Below, one piece after another: positions 63,878 to 64,000 of a stretch of DNA of 64,000 bases. Where the stretch lies: positions 31,418-95,417 of the IMG/VR virus record IMGVR_UViG_3300025929_000001. One strand, given 5' to 3'. The notes below the pieces were generated by a model that saw nothing but the letters and a program-made list of their open reading frames with translations, made no database searches and had not been told where the DNA came from. Source of the DNA: a virus. Position numbers and translations under genes: made by a program. Position 1 is the stretch's first letter. The number at the start of each line of letters is the position of its first letter.

Positions 63878-64000
63878 CATTTCCGTAAGTAAACTTCCCG
63901 CAGTGCAACACAATGGGGTCCGGGCCATCTATACTAGGTAAGGATACCGACCTCCCCATCTGGCTTCTCCAACGCCAATACCGCAACACTAAACCCCCAC

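Noticed and set aside
63792-63989. 65-aa ORF over the tandem repeats
   Set aside because: No RBS; it lies upstream of the early promoter and is probably a by-product of the repeats.

Overview
This window is 64 kb of a lytic-looking tailed dsDNA phage with a long non-contractile-type tail. No head, terminase or integrase genes are in the window, so the genome is larger. The + strand (1-21.5 kb) carries a tape measure protein, a 2484-aa adhesin/tail-tip fusion, a tail fibre, tail components and a lysis cassette. The - strand from 21.5 to 45.5 kb is a replication and DNA-modification module: family-B DNA polymerase, beta-clamp, dpdA plus folE/queD/queC/queE (7-deazaguanine modification, most likely dPreQ0), SF2 helicase, Cas4-like nuclease, SSB, AAA ATPase, ligase, MazG-like NTPase and primase-helicase, a gene set resembling Queuovirinae-like phages. 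The - strand from 45.5 to 64 kb holds about 45 small early genes. The strongest signals are non-coding. (1) Three intact type-I hammerhead ribozymes sit at gene boundaries within 3.2 kb (48.3, 50.4 and 51.4 kb), and two of them bracket a single gene. (2) About ten covarying RNase III-like stem-loops upstream (52.5-62.7 kb) can each refold into a protective 5' hairpin after cleavage. Together these suggest a two-chemistry mRNA-dicing system. (3) Several 100-180 bp islands are almost free of GA/TC dinucleotides and may be unmodified windows in a deazaguanine-modified genome. (4) Four dispersed genes share a paralogous helical DNA-binding-like domain. All assignments were made by eye from sequence and motifs; no searches were run.
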